Origin: an uncultured Oscillospiraceae bacterium
GTDB lineage: Bacteria > Bacillota > Clostridia > Oscillospirales > Oscillospiraceae
NCBI GenBank assembly: GCA_902373635.1
Contig: CABKMV010000007.1
Span: forward strand, 2,020-66,019
Direction of reading: 5' to 3'
Length of the DNA: 64,000 nt
A program made the translations under genes and the position numbers. Below, in pieces: positions 1 to 8,444 of the stretch; positions within the stretch are counted from its first letter, which is position 1; each line of letters starts with the position of its first letter. Below the pieces are notes generated by a model. It made no database searches. It was given only the letters and a program-made list of their open reading frames with translations, and was not told where the DNA came from.

Positions 1-39
1 AGCCGCTCCCGCCGCACATAAAAAACGGAGGAAAACGAT

Positions 40-1320
40 ATGAACAAAAAATTTGAGAAGCTGGGCATGAAGCCCGCGGACATCCTGCTGCCCCGGGACT
101 GCGACATGAGCAAGTGGGCTGTGGTGGCCTGCGACCAGTTCACCTCTCAGCCCGAGTACTGGGCCGAGGTGGACCGCATCGCCGGGGACGCCCCCTCTAC
201 CCTGCGCCTGATCCTGCCGGAGAGCAAGCTCAATGACGCCGATGTGGAGGAGCACATCGCGGACATCAACCGCGCCATGGCCGACTATCTGGCGCGGGAC
301 ATCTTCAAGACCTATCCTGACTCCATTATCTATATTGAGCGCAGCCAGTCTGACGGCGAGATCCGCCACGGTCTGGTGGCGGCCGTGGATCTGGAGCAGT
401 ACGACTACACCCCCGGCTCCGGCTCCCTGATCCGGGCCACGGAGGGCACTGTCCTGGAGCGCATCCCGCCCCGTGTCCGGGTCCGGAAGGACGCCCCTAT
501 CGAGCTGCCCCACGTGATGCTGCTGATCGACGACCCTCAGAAGACCGCGATCGAGCCTATCACCGCTGAGACCAGCTCCATGGAGAGCGTCTACGACTTT
601 GAGCTGATGATGAGAGGCGGGCATCTGAGGGGCTGGAAACTGACGGACAGCCAGATCGATCGTCTCGCCGACGCCCTCGCCGATCTGACTACCGACAGCG
701 CTATGGCCGCCAAATACGGCATCACCGGCGTCGCCCCCCTGCTCTTCGCTGTGGGCGACGGCAACCACTCCCTGGCCACTGCCAAGACCTGCTATGAGAA
801 CCTGAAGAAGGTAACGCCCCAGGATCAGTGGGCCGACCTGCCCGCCCGCTATGCCCTGGTGGAGATCGAAAACCTCCACGACGACGCCCTGAAGTTCGAG
901 GCCATCCACCGTGTGGTGTTCGGCGTCGATCCCGAGAAGCTGCTCTCCGCCTTCAAGGAGTTCTATCCCAGCGCCCACGAGGGCCAGGGCGTGGGACACA
1001 CCATTGCCTACACCTGGGCTGGCGGCAAGGGCTATCTTACGGTCCCCAACCCCAAGGTGCAGCTGGCTGTGGGCACGCTCCAGAACTTCCTGGACGCCTA
1101 CCTGAAGGAAAACGGCGGCGAGATCGACTATATCCACGGCGACGAGATCACCGACGAGCTGGGGGCCAAGCCCGGCAACATCGGCTTCAAGCTCCCCGCC
1201 ATGGGCAAGGACCAGCTGTTCAAGACCGTTATCGCCGATGGCGTTCTGCCCCGCAAGACCTTCTCCATGGGCCACGCCGAGGACAAGCGTTACTACATCG
1301 AGGGCCGGAAGATCAAGTAA
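40..1320 (+). CDS. DUF1015 family protein (function unknown)
   Basis: 426-aa ORF with ATG 8 nt after GGAGG. Length and motifs (FAVGDGNHSLATAK) resemble the DUF1015 family. Confidence 0.75.
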   Translation: MNKKFEKLGMKPADILLPRDCDMSKWAVVACDQFTSQPEYWAEVDRIAGDAPSTLRLILPESKLNDADVEEHIADINRAMADYLARDIFKTYPDSIIYIERSQSDGEIRHGLVAAVDLEQYDYTPGSGSLIRATEGTVLERIPPRVRVRKDAPIELPHVMLLIDDPQKTAIEPITAETSSMESVYDFELMMRGGHLRGWKLTDSQIDRLADALADLTTDSAMAAKYGITGVAPLLFAVGDGNHSLATAKTCYENLKKVTPQDQWADLPARYALVEIENLHDDALKFEAIHRVVFGVDPEKLLSAFKEFYPSAHEGQGVGHTIAYTWAGGKGYLTVPNPKVQLAVGTLQNFLDAYLKENGGEIDYIHGDEITDELGAKPGNIGFKLPAMGKDQLFKTVIADGVLPRKTFSMGHAEDKRYYIEGRKIK

Positions 1321-1330
1321 ACTATTGTCA

Positions 1331-1397
1331 GCATTCTTTTCTTTTGAAAAAGAAAAGAATCAAAAGAAAACTTTTGCGGCAAAACTCCGTTTTGCCT
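1331..1397 (+). repeat. two-hairpin intergenic element, copy A
   Basis: TTCTTTTCTTTT-GA-AAAAGAAAAGAA, then ATCAAAAGAA, then GGCAAAA-CTCC-GTTTTGCC. Homologous to 43905-43965. Confidence 0.6.
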
Positions 1398-1436
1398 GGG
1401 TAATATCTGGTCAAGTCCGGCAGAATATGCTATACT

Positions 1437-1470
1437 ATCCCCGTGGAAGCTTCCACGGGGATAGTGTTTT
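1437..1470 (+). terminator. perfect 26-nt palindrome plus T-run (terminator or operator)
   Basis: ATCCCCGTGGAAG/CTTCCACGGGGAT followed by AGTGTTTT. Confidence 0.5.
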
Positions 1471-1551
1471 AAGTGGATAGGATGAGGCGCCGTCCGCTCC
1501 GGCTATCCCTGCCGGCCCCTCCATATACCCAAACATTGATCGGGAGAAGCT

Positions 1552-2418
1552 ATGACATACACCGAACCCGCCTATGCAAAACTGAATCTGGCGCTGGACA
1601 TCCTGGGCAAACGGCCCGACGGCTACCACGAGCTGCGGATGGTGATGCAGTCTATTGACCTGCAGGACATGGTCGCCCTCTCCGCACAGGAGGGGGACGG
1701 TGTACAGATCACCACCGATCTCAGCTTCCTGCCCAGGGATGGGAGCAACATCGCCGCTAAGGCTGCCCGCCGTTTTTTTGAAAAGCTGTGCCTTCCATCT
1801 CCCGGTCTGGCCATCGACATCCAGAAGCGGATCCCTGTCTGCGCCGGTATGGCCGGGGGCAGCAGCGACGGCGCGGCGGTGCTGCGCATTCTGCGCCGCG
1901 CATACGCGCCTGATCTGTCCCAGGAGGAGCTGGAGGCCATAGGGGCCCTGGTGGGCAGCGACGTTCCCTACTGTGTCCGGGGCGGGACCGTTCTGGCTGA
2001 GGGCCGGGGTGAACTGCTCACCGATCTGCCCCCTCTCCCCCCCTGCTTCTTCGTGGTCTGCAAGCCGGATTTCCCCATTTCCACCCCAGAGCTCTTCGCC
2101 CAGGTCCGCGTGAAAAAACTGCGCTGCCATCCTGATACGGCGGGGATGCTCTCCGCTCTGGAGCGGCAGGATCTGGAGGGGGTCGCCCGGCGGCTCTACA
2201 ACGTCTTTGAGGACGTGCTGCCCCGGAAATACGCCCAGGTGTTCGAGATCAAGCGGGCGCTTCTGGAGGAGGGCGCTATGGCCTCCTCCATGACCGGCAG
2301 CGGGCCCACCGTCTTCGGCATTTTCCGGGATCAGGCCACTGCCCGGCGGGCGGCAGAAGCCCTCCGCCCCCGCTGCCCCGCTACATTTTTTTGTAAAAAT
2401 GTGGGCAGGGCTGTTTAA
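1552..2418 (+). CDS. ispE: 4-(cytidine 5'-diphospho)-2-C-methyl-D-erythritol kinase
   Basis: 288 aa. N-terminus AYAKLNLALDILGKRPDGYHEL and GHMP-kinase motif IPVCAGMAGGSSDGAAV. Confidence 0.9.
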   Translation: MTYTEPAYAKLNLALDILGKRPDGYHELRMVMQSIDLQDMVALSAQEGDGVQITTDLSFLPRDGSNIAAKAARRFFEKLCLPSPGLAIDIQKRIPVCAGMAGGSSDGAAVLRILRRAYAPDLSQEELEAIGALVGSDVPYCVRGGTVLAEGRGELLTDLPPLPPCFFVVCKPDFPISTPELFAQVRVKKLRCHPDTAGMLSALERQDLEGVARRLYNVFEDVLPRKYAQVFEIKRALLEEGAMASSMTGSGPTVFGIFRDQATARRAAEALRPRCPATFFCKNVGRAV

Positions 2419-2475
2419 AACCAAAACATACCGTCCATACTGGCAGTATCAAAGCCATTATGGACGGTATTTCTT

Positions 2476-2703
2476 ATGAAAAAACGCAGTAAGATCCTGA
2501 TCTCCATCATCGCCGGTCTCCTGGCCATGATGCTGTACAGCTCCCCCATGTGGTGGGGCGTTCTCTTCTCCCCCATTACCCGGCAGCTCACCACCGCCCC
2601 TCTCACGGAGGACACGGAGGGAGGGTTCCGCTGGGAGTCGGACGGGATCGTTCTTCGGTTCAAGTCCCTGGATATGCTCTTCTCTTTCCTCCATCAAACA
2701 TAA
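2476..2703 (+). CDS. small membrane protein, hypothetical
   Basis: 75-aa ORF with an N-terminal hydrophobic segment (ILISIIAGLLAMMLY). No family recognised. Confidence 0.4.
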   Translation: MKKRSKILISIIAGLLAMMLYSSPMWWGVLFSPITRQLTTAPLTEDTEGGFRWESDGIVLRFKSLDMLFSFLHQT

Positions 2704-2704
2704 A

Positions 2705-2745
2705 GGGGACCGGCCCGCCGATTCGGCAGGGCCGGTTCTCGCATC
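2705..2745. terminator. hairpin between convergent genes
   Basis: ACCGGCCC-N12-GGGCCGGT. The U-tracts are weak. Confidence 0.4.
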
Positions 2746-2813
2746 TGCAGCCTTCCGCCCTGGGGCGCCGGGGCTGCCCGTATCCTTTTATAAAAGCGGG
2801 AGAGCCGGGCGCG

Positions 2814-4259
2814 CTACCGTCCAAGCCGGCCGGCCTTGGCAAAGTGCTCCTTTGTCAGCCTTGCCACCACCGGGCTCAGAGCGATCACCGCCACCAGGTT
2901 TGGAAGGGCCATAAGTCCGTTGAGAGTGTCGGCAATATGCCAGGCGGTCTCCAGCTCCATGGTGGCGCCTACCACCACAAAAACGGCAAAGATGACCTGG
3001 TAAACCTTCCCCGCCTTGTTCCCAAACAGGAACTCAAAGCAGCGGGTGCCGTACAGCCCCCAGGTCAGAACAGTGGACAGGGCAAAAAGGCTCAGGCAGA
3101 GGGCCACGATCACGCCGGGCAGCACGCCGCCAAACACGGATCTGAACCCCGCGATGGTCAATGCCGCCCCCTGATCCACGCCATAGGGGATGTTGTCCAC
3201 ACCCACGCCCAGCAGCACCACCATGGCGGTCATAGTACACACCACAATGGTATCCATGAAGACCTCAAACACGCCGTAGATCCCCTGGGACACGGGATCC
3301 TCCACATCCGCCGCGGCATGGGCAATGGGGGCGGAGCCCAGGCCGGCCTCATTGGAGAAGATCCCGCGGCCAACGCCCTTGGTGATGGCCTTCCGGATGC
3401 CGACGCCCGCCAGGCCGCCGGCCACGGAGGCGGGAGCGAAGGCGCCCTTGAAGATCGCGGCAAAGGCGTGAGGGATCGCGGTGATATTGAAGATAATGAC
3501 GCAGAGGGACGCCAGCACGTAGATGATCGCCATGACCGGCACCAGCAGGGCGCAGACGTCGCCGATCCGCTGGATGCCGCCCACCAGTACGACAAAGACG
3601 ATGACAGCGCAGACAATGCCGATCCCCAGGGCGATCGCCTCCTTCTGTCCCTCGGTGGTGGGCACAAAACCGGCGACCGCCTCGTTGATCGTGCCGGCAA
3701 TCGTGTTGACCTGGGTCAGGTTGCCGATCCCAAAGGAGGCCAGGCCGCCAAAGACGGCGAAGACCACCGCCAGCCATTTCCAGTTCCTGCCCAGGCCGTT
3801 TTTGATGTAGTACATAGGGCCGCCCACCCAGTCTCCGCTGGCATTGCGCTCCCGGTACTTCACCGCCAGCGTCACTTCCGAGTATTTGGTGCACATGCCC
3901 ACCAGGGCGGAAACCCACATCCAGAACACGGCGCCGGGGCCGCCAATGGCGATCGCGCCGGACACACCGGCGATGTTGCCTGTGCCGATGGACGCGGCCA
4001 GGGCCGTACACATCGCCTTGAATGGGGAGACAGCCCCCTTCTTTGTCTCCTGTTTTTTCAGCGCCTTGCCCAGGGTATTCCTGAAGATGTACCCCAGTTT
4101 TGTGAACTGCGGGAACCCGCACAGCACGCTCAGCAGGATGCCTGCGCCCAGTATCAGGGCCATTGCAGGGATCCCCCAGACGACATCGTTGATGGTCCGT
4201 TCGATACCGCCCTCTCCCAAAAGCCCTCCAACGCCATCGACGCCCATCAGAAGCTCCAT
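2814..4259 (-). CDS. alanine/glycine:cation symporter (AGCS family), paralog 1
   Basis: Polytopic protein with AGCS-like motifs (GTGNIAGVSGAIAIGGPGAVFWMW, GIFSNEAGLGSAPIAHAAA). The track ORF extends to 4583, but the ATG at 4259 (or GTG at 4271) follows GAAAGGAGAG. The upstream extension is non-membrane, Arg/Cys-rich junk. Confidence 0.85.
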   Translation of the reverse strand: MELLMGVDGVGGLLGEGGIERTINDVVWGIPAMALILGAGILLSVLCGFPQFTKLGYIFRNTLGKALKKQETKKGAVSPFKAMCTALAASIGTGNIAGVSGAIAIGGPGAVFWMWVSALVGMCTKYSEVTLAVKYRERNASGDWVGGPMYYIKNGLGRNWKWLAVVFAVFGGLASFGIGNLTQVNTIAGTINEAVAGFVPTTEGQKEAIALGIGIVCAVIVFVVLVGGIQRIGDVCALLVPVMAIIYVLASLCVIIFNITAIPHAFAAIFKGAFAPASVAGGLAGVGIRKAITKGVGRGIFSNEAGLGSAPIAHAAADVEDPVSQGIYGVFEVFMDTIVVCTMTAMVVLLGVGVDNIPYGVDQGAALTIAGFRSVFGGVLPGVIVALCLSLFALSTVLTWGLYGTRCFEFLFGNKAGKVYQVIFAVFVVVGATMELETAWHIADTLNGLMALPNLVAVIALSPVVARLTKEHFAKAGRLGR

Positions 4260-4301
4260 CAACTTCTCCACGCATTCTCTCCTTTCAGATTTTTCTGTCC
4301 C

Positions 4302-4335
4302 AACAGGAAAATGGAGCGCTGCCAGGCAGCGCCCC
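4302..4335 (-). terminator. leader (attenuator-type) terminator upstream of AGCS paralog 1
   Basis: Minus strand GGGGCGCTG-CCTGG-CAGCGCTCC followed by ATTTTCCTGTT, about 45 nt upstream of the start codon. Confidence 0.5.
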
Positions 4336-4551
4336 GCCCAGACAGTCGCCCCCACCTCTTCCCTCCTCCATCCTATGACTGGCGCGGGAGCGGTATGACC
4401 GCGTCCTTCCCTTCTGCATAGGAGCCAGCAGGGCGGCGCTGCACATACTCTCTGGCATTTGCCGCCTGGATGTGGACGGAGGCGCAGCGCCTGCCGTCTG
4501 CGCCTATCCGCATTCCAGCAGCAGACAGGCGCCATGCAGCTCCACACTTTC

Positions 4552-4579
4552 TTGACTTGCCACTGGGGCATGGTATAAT
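4552..4579 (+). promoter_or_regulatory. sigma-A-type promoter for the nitroreductase-NUDIX gene
   Basis: TTGACT, 16-nt spacer, TGgTATAAT (extended -10). Confidence 0.65.
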
Positions 4580-4657
4580 ACATACTGTACCATGATCCCT
4601 ATATCTTCCCGCATCTGGGGGAGCGCTCCCCCGGCGGCATGCAGAAAGGAGCCCGAT

Positions 4658-5791
4658 ATGACGCTGTCCGACGCTATCACCGTCCGCACCTCCCTCCGCC
4701 GCTATCTGCCCGACCCCATCTCCCAGGCACAACAGCAGGAACTGGAAAAAGCCATCAGCCGGTGCAATGACCGTTCCGGTCTGCACATAAGGCTCATCTG
4801 CGGCCAGGGGGAGCCCTTTGGCTCCTTTTCCAAAAGCTATGGTATGCTGAAGGGAGTCAGCAACTTCCTTCTTTTCGCCGGGCGGGCCGAAGACCCGGAC
4901 CTGGAGGAGAAGTGCGGCTATTACGGCGAGCTGATCATCCTCACTGCCACCGCCATGGGGCTGGGGACCTGCTGGGTAGGCGGCACCTATGACAGGAAGC
5001 CCTGCGAGGCCCTGTTGGACGACGGCGAGGCCTTGGTCTGCGTGGCCGCCATTGGCCATACACCGGAGGAGCGCACCGGCCGCGAGAAACTGATCCGCCG
5101 CGTGGCAAAGCGCTCTGGAAAGAACGTGGCGGAGCTGGCCTCCGGATTGAACCATGCTCCCAGCTGGTTCATGTCCGGCATGGCGGCTGTCCAGCGCGCC
5201 CCCTCCGCCTTGAACCGCCAGGGCTACCGTTTTGTGAAGAAGCGGGATCACTCCGTGGAGGTCTATCTGACCGACGAGGGCGCTTCTTCCCTGGTGGACC
5301 TGGGCATCGCCAAGCTCCACTTTGAGATCGGCGCCCACGGCGGGACCTGGACCTGGGGCAGCGGCGGCAGCTTTCACAAGGCCGTGGAGGAGAAGTCCTG
5401 CGGCGCTGTGATATGGCGGCTGGCAGAGGGCCGGCGCCAGTACCTTCTGGCACGGCACAACGGCGGCCACTGGAGCTTTCCAAAGGGCCACGTGGAGGGC
5501 GGCGAGACAGAAGCGGAGACGGCGGAACGGGAAATTCAGGAGGAAACCGGCCTGCGCGCCGAAATCGACACCAGCTTCCGCCAGGTCGTCACCTACTATC
5601 CCAAGCAGGGAGTCATCAAAGATGTGATCTTCTTCCTGGCCACCCCATATGGCGGAACGGAGCGCGCCCAGGAGGAGGAGATCGCCGAGCTTGCCTGGCT
5701 GCCCTTCCAGGAGACCCGGGAGCGCATCACCTTTGCCACCGATGAGGAAGTCCTTCTGGCGGCGGAGGCGTACCTGTCGGAAAAAGAATAG
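4658..5791 (+). CDS. nitroreductase-family domain fused to a NUDIX hydrolase domain
   Basis: ATG at 4658 follows AAAGGAG. The N-terminal ~235 aa are nitroreductase-like (ITVRTSLRRY..., GLGTCWVGG). The C-terminal ~140 aa carry a Nudix box (GHVEGGETEAETAEREIQEETGL). Confidence 0.8.
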   Translation: MTLSDAITVRTSLRRYLPDPISQAQQQELEKAISRCNDRSGLHIRLICGQGEPFGSFSKSYGMLKGVSNFLLFAGRAEDPDLEEKCGYYGELIILTATAMGLGTCWVGGTYDRKPCEALLDDGEALVCVAAIGHTPEERTGREKLIRRVAKRSGKNVAELASGLNHAPSWFMSGMAAVQRAPSALNRQGYRFVKKRDHSVEVYLTDEGASSLVDLGIAKLHFEIGAHGGTWTWGSGGSFHKAVEEKSCGAVIWRLAEGRRQYLLARHNGGHWSFPKGHVEGGETEAETAEREIQEETGLRAEIDTSFRQVVTYYPKQGVIKDVIFFLATPYGGTERAQEEEIAELAWLPFQETRERITFATDEEVLLAAEAYLSEKE

Positions 5792-5817
5792 AGAAACCCT
5801 CATATCCAGGAGAAACT

Positions 5818-6234
5818 ATGGAAGACTACTTTGACTTACATGTAGCCGAGGACGAGATCCGCGGCATCAGCAGTATCGGCTTGGCCCACCTGGGGGATGC
5901 GGTATATGAGCTGCTGGTCCGCTCCTATCTCTGCGTCCACGGCAAGGCCACCGGAAAGGGGCTCCACCGGGCCGCTGTAGAGCTGGTGAAGGCGCCCGCC
6001 CAGGCGGAAAAGGCCGATAAGATCCTGCCGCTGCTCTCCCAGGAGGAGCTGGCGGTCTTCAAGCGGGGCCGCAACGCCCACGTCAACACCATCCCGCAGC
6101 ATGCCAGCCGCAGCGACTATCTGAAGGCCACCGCTCTGGAATGCCTGCTGGGATATCTGTACCTGCACGGCGCCAGGGGCCGGATCAATCAGCTCTTTGC
6201 CGTTATGATGGAGGAAACCGACCATGCCACTTGA
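5818..6234 (+). CDS. mrnC: mini-ribonuclease 3
   Basis: 138 aa. GLAHLGDAVYELLVR and RGRN...P.HA motifs are typical of Mini-III. Confidence 0.85.
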   Translation: MEDYFDLHVAEDEIRGISSIGLAHLGDAVYELLVRSYLCVHGKATGKGLHRAAVELVKAPAQAEKADKILPLLSQEELAVFKRGRNAHVNTIPQHASRSDYLKATALECLLGYLYLHGARGRINQLFAVMMEETDHAT

Positions 6235-7969
6235 CGCTGTATGCCTGACCGGCGTGATACAGGAGCTGCAGAAGACGATCATTGGGCTGCGCATCGAAAA
6301 AGTGCAGCAGCCCGCAAGGGATCAGATCGTTCTCACCCTGCGTGGCAATCAGAAGCTCCTGCTCTCCGCAGGGGCCAGTCAGTCCCGCATCCACATGACA
6401 GGCATTTCACGGGAAAATCCCGCCGCCCCGCCCATGTTCTGTATGCTCCTGCGCAAGCACCTGGGCGGAGGACGGATCGCCTCTATTCATCAGCCCAGCC
6501 TGGAGCGGGTGGTATGCCTGACCATCGACATGGTGGACGAGCTGGGAGAGCCAGGAGAGCGAAAACTGATATTGGAGTGTATGGGCAGGCGCTCCAATCT
6601 GATCCTCCTTGACGGCCAGGAGCGCATCATCGACTGCCTGCGCCGGGTAGACATGGAGATGAGCGAGTCCCGGCAGATACTGCCCGGCCTCTTCTACCGC
6701 CTCCCTCCCGTCCAGGAGAAGGCGGACCCGCTGGAAACGGATGGGGAGAGCTTTGCCCGCCTGCTTTCCCGCACCGGAACAGATACGGAGGCCAGCGGTT
6801 TTCTGCTGGACAGCTTCTTCGGCCTCTCTCCCCTGGTCTGCCGGGAGATCGCCCACCAGGGCTGCGGCAGCCCGGATGCCCGCCTGGAGACGCAGGCCCA
6901 GCGGGAGAGGCTGCGGGACGCCTTCCTATCCTGGCAAAAATCTGTGAAGGATCATTCCTTTACAGCTTATATGCTTACAAAAGATGGAAAACCCTTCGAT
7001 TTCTCCTATCTTCCTATCTCCCAGTACGGAGAGGCTATGGAGCTGGTGCGCTGGGACAGCTTCTCCGCCCTGCTGGACGCCTTTTATGAGACAAAAGAAC
7101 AGCTGGAGCGGGTACGGCAGAAGGGGCAGGATCTTCAGCGCGCCGCCACAAATGCCAGAGACCGCATCCGCAGGAAGCTGGCCCTCCAGGAGAAAGAGTA
7201 TGCCCGGACCCAGGATCGGGACAGGCTGCGCTTATCCGGCGAGCTCATCACTGCCAATCTCTACCGCATGGAGAAGGGGCAGAAAGATCTGCGGGCCCAA
7301 AACTACTATGAGGCGGACTGCCCGGAAATAGACATCCCCCTTGACCCGCTGCTGACCCCTCAACAGAATGCAGCCAAGTATTTTAAGCAGTACAACAAAG
7401 CGAAAACAGCGGAGAAATATCTCACCGAGCAGATGGCGATCGCGCGCCGGGAGCGGGACTGGCTGGAAAGCGTGCTGGACGAGCTCAGCCGCGCGGAGAC
7501 GGAGCAGGACTTCAACGAGATCCGCCAGGAGCTGCGGGACGCCGGCTATCTGAAGGGCCAGTCCCGCGGCAGGAAGGAGCCCAAGCGGGCGCCCAGCCGT
7601 CCCCGGGTATTTTTCTCCAGCACAGGTCTGAAGATCCTGGTGGGACGCAGCAACGCCCAGAACGACCAGCTGACCAGGGAAGCGGCCAGATCCGATTACT
7701 GGTTCCACACCCAGCGCATCCACGGCTCCCATGTCATCCTATGTACCGAAGGACAGGAGCCGGACCCGCAGTCCATGACGGAGGCCGCCATGTTGGCCGC
7801 CTGGTTCTCCCAGGGACGGGAGGGCGGTCAGGTGGCGGTGGACTACACCCAGGCTCGCTATGTCAAAAAGCCGGCCGGCGCCCGGCCCGGCATGGTGGTA
7901 TATGACCCCTACCAGACGGCCTATGTGACCCCGAATGAGGCGTTGGTCAAGCAATTGGCCGGCAAATAG
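6224..7969 (+). CDS. rqcH: NFACT-family ribosome quality control protein (RqcH / FbpA-like)
   Basis: 581 aa with NFACT-N, coiled-coil and NFACT-R (DYWFHTQRIHGSHVIL) architecture. Overlaps mrnC by 11 nt. Confidence 0.85.
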   Translation: MPLDAVCLTGVIQELQKTIIGLRIEKVQQPARDQIVLTLRGNQKLLLSAGASQSRIHMTGISRENPAAPPMFCMLLRKHLGGGRIASIHQPSLERVVCLTIDMVDELGEPGERKLILECMGRRSNLILLDGQERIIDCLRRVDMEMSESRQILPGLFYRLPPVQEKADPLETDGESFARLLSRTGTDTEASGFLLDSFFGLSPLVCREIAHQGCGSPDARLETQAQRERLRDAFLSWQKSVKDHSFTAYMLTKDGKPFDFSYLPISQYGEAMELVRWDSFSALLDAFYETKEQLERVRQKGQDLQRAATNARDRIRRKLALQEKEYARTQDRDRLRLSGELITANLYRMEKGQKDLRAQNYYEADCPEIDIPLDPLLTPQQNAAKYFKQYNKAKTAEKYLTEQMAIARRERDWLESVLDELSRAETEQDFNEIRQELRDAGYLKGQSRGRKEPKRAPSRPRVFFSSTGLKILVGRSNAQNDQLTREAARSDYWFHTQRIHGSHVILCTEGQEPDPQSMTEAAMLAAWFSQGREGGQVAVDYTQARYVKKPAGARPGMVVYDPYQTAYVTPNEALVKQLAGK

Positions 7970-8010
7970 GCGGCGAGTTTTCTTGCCATAGACCCCAAAT
8001 GCTGTCAAAG

Positions 8011-8058
8011 CGCCGGAGTGCCGCGATCCTTGTTGGATCGCGGCACTCCGGCTTCTTT
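8011..8058. terminator. bidirectional intrinsic terminator
   Basis: 18-bp stem GCCGGAGTGCCGCGATCC / GGATCGCGGCACTCCGGC, flanked by CAAAGC and TTCTTTG. Confidence 0.8.
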
Positions 8059-8093
8059 GCAGCTCTGGCAGACGTTCCCTTCTCCCTACGGGA

Positions 8094-8189
8094 TCAGGCG
8101 AGCATCGGCAGGATCAGGCCCGCCAGCATGGTAAGTACCAGCAGGGCGATAATTACCCTGGAAATGATCTTCGTCCATTTTTGATTCAT
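8094..8189 (-). CDS. 31-aa hydrophobic micro-ORF (MNQKWTKIISRVIIALLVLTMLAGLILPMLA), hypothetical
   Basis: Translated by hand. Its ATG overlaps the TGA of the DUF951 gene (ATGA), and GAGGAGGA lies 5 nt upstream. Followed by the strong terminator at 8011-8058. Confidence 0.35.
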   Translation of the reverse strand: MNQKWTKIISRVIIALLVLTMLAGLILPMLA

Positions 8190-8386
8190 CTGGCATCCTC
8201 CTCGTTCAGGATTTTTTTGATGGCCTTCTCAGCCTTGCTGCGGGGGAGCATCAGCTCATGGCCGCAGCCATTGCACCGCAGCTTGATATCCATGCCCACC
8301 CGCAGGATGGTCCATATCTTACTGCCGCATGGGTGCTGCTTTTTCAATTCCACCTGCTGGTTCAGCTTCAAGTCCAGGAAACTCAC
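8186..8386 (-). CDS. DUF951 family protein
   Basis: 66 aa. HPCGS...W...R.G.DI.L.C..C pattern is typical of DUF951. Confidence 0.8.
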   Translation of the reverse strand: MSFLDLKLNQQVELKKQHPCGSKIWTILRVGMDIKLRCNGCGHELMLPRSKAEKAIKKILNEEDAR

Positions 8387-8444
8387 CTCAGATCCTCAAC
8401 GGCCAAGCACTGCGCCGCATAAAATGGTTTATCAAAAAGATAGG

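Noticed and set aside
2550-4421. Very long ORFs antisense to or overlapping real genes. Examples: 2550-4421 +, 1435-2424 -, 17686-19683 +, 19660-21120 -, 22761-24626 +, 24385-26175 +, 27743-29695 +, 37984-39624 -, 43965-45257 -, 50460-52244 -, 52518-53633 -, 58814-60379 +, 60735-62723 +.
   Set aside because: Their translations are Arg/Gly/Pro/Ala/His-rich low-complexity strings with no recognisable motifs. Each lies opposite a gene with clear family signatures. Such shadow ORFs are expected in GC-rich DNA, where stop codons are rare.
4260-4580. Classifying the AGCS paralog 1 leader as a glycine riboswitch or a T-box.
   Set aside because: The conserved glycine-aptamer strings and the T-box UGG-containing motif are both absent. 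It is kept as an unassigned structured leader in the findings.
4260-4583. 108-aa N-terminal extension of AGCS paralog 1 (track start 4583).
   Set aside because: It is Cys/Arg/Trp-rich with no membrane character, spans the leader terminator, and has no SD. An internal start with GAAAGGAGAG is present.
8181-8444. Upstream part of track ORF 8181-9338 as coding sequence of the S1-domain protein.
   Set aside because: It lies antisense across the whole DUF951 gene and its promoter region. S1-like sequence only begins after the internal Met codons at 8424/8445.
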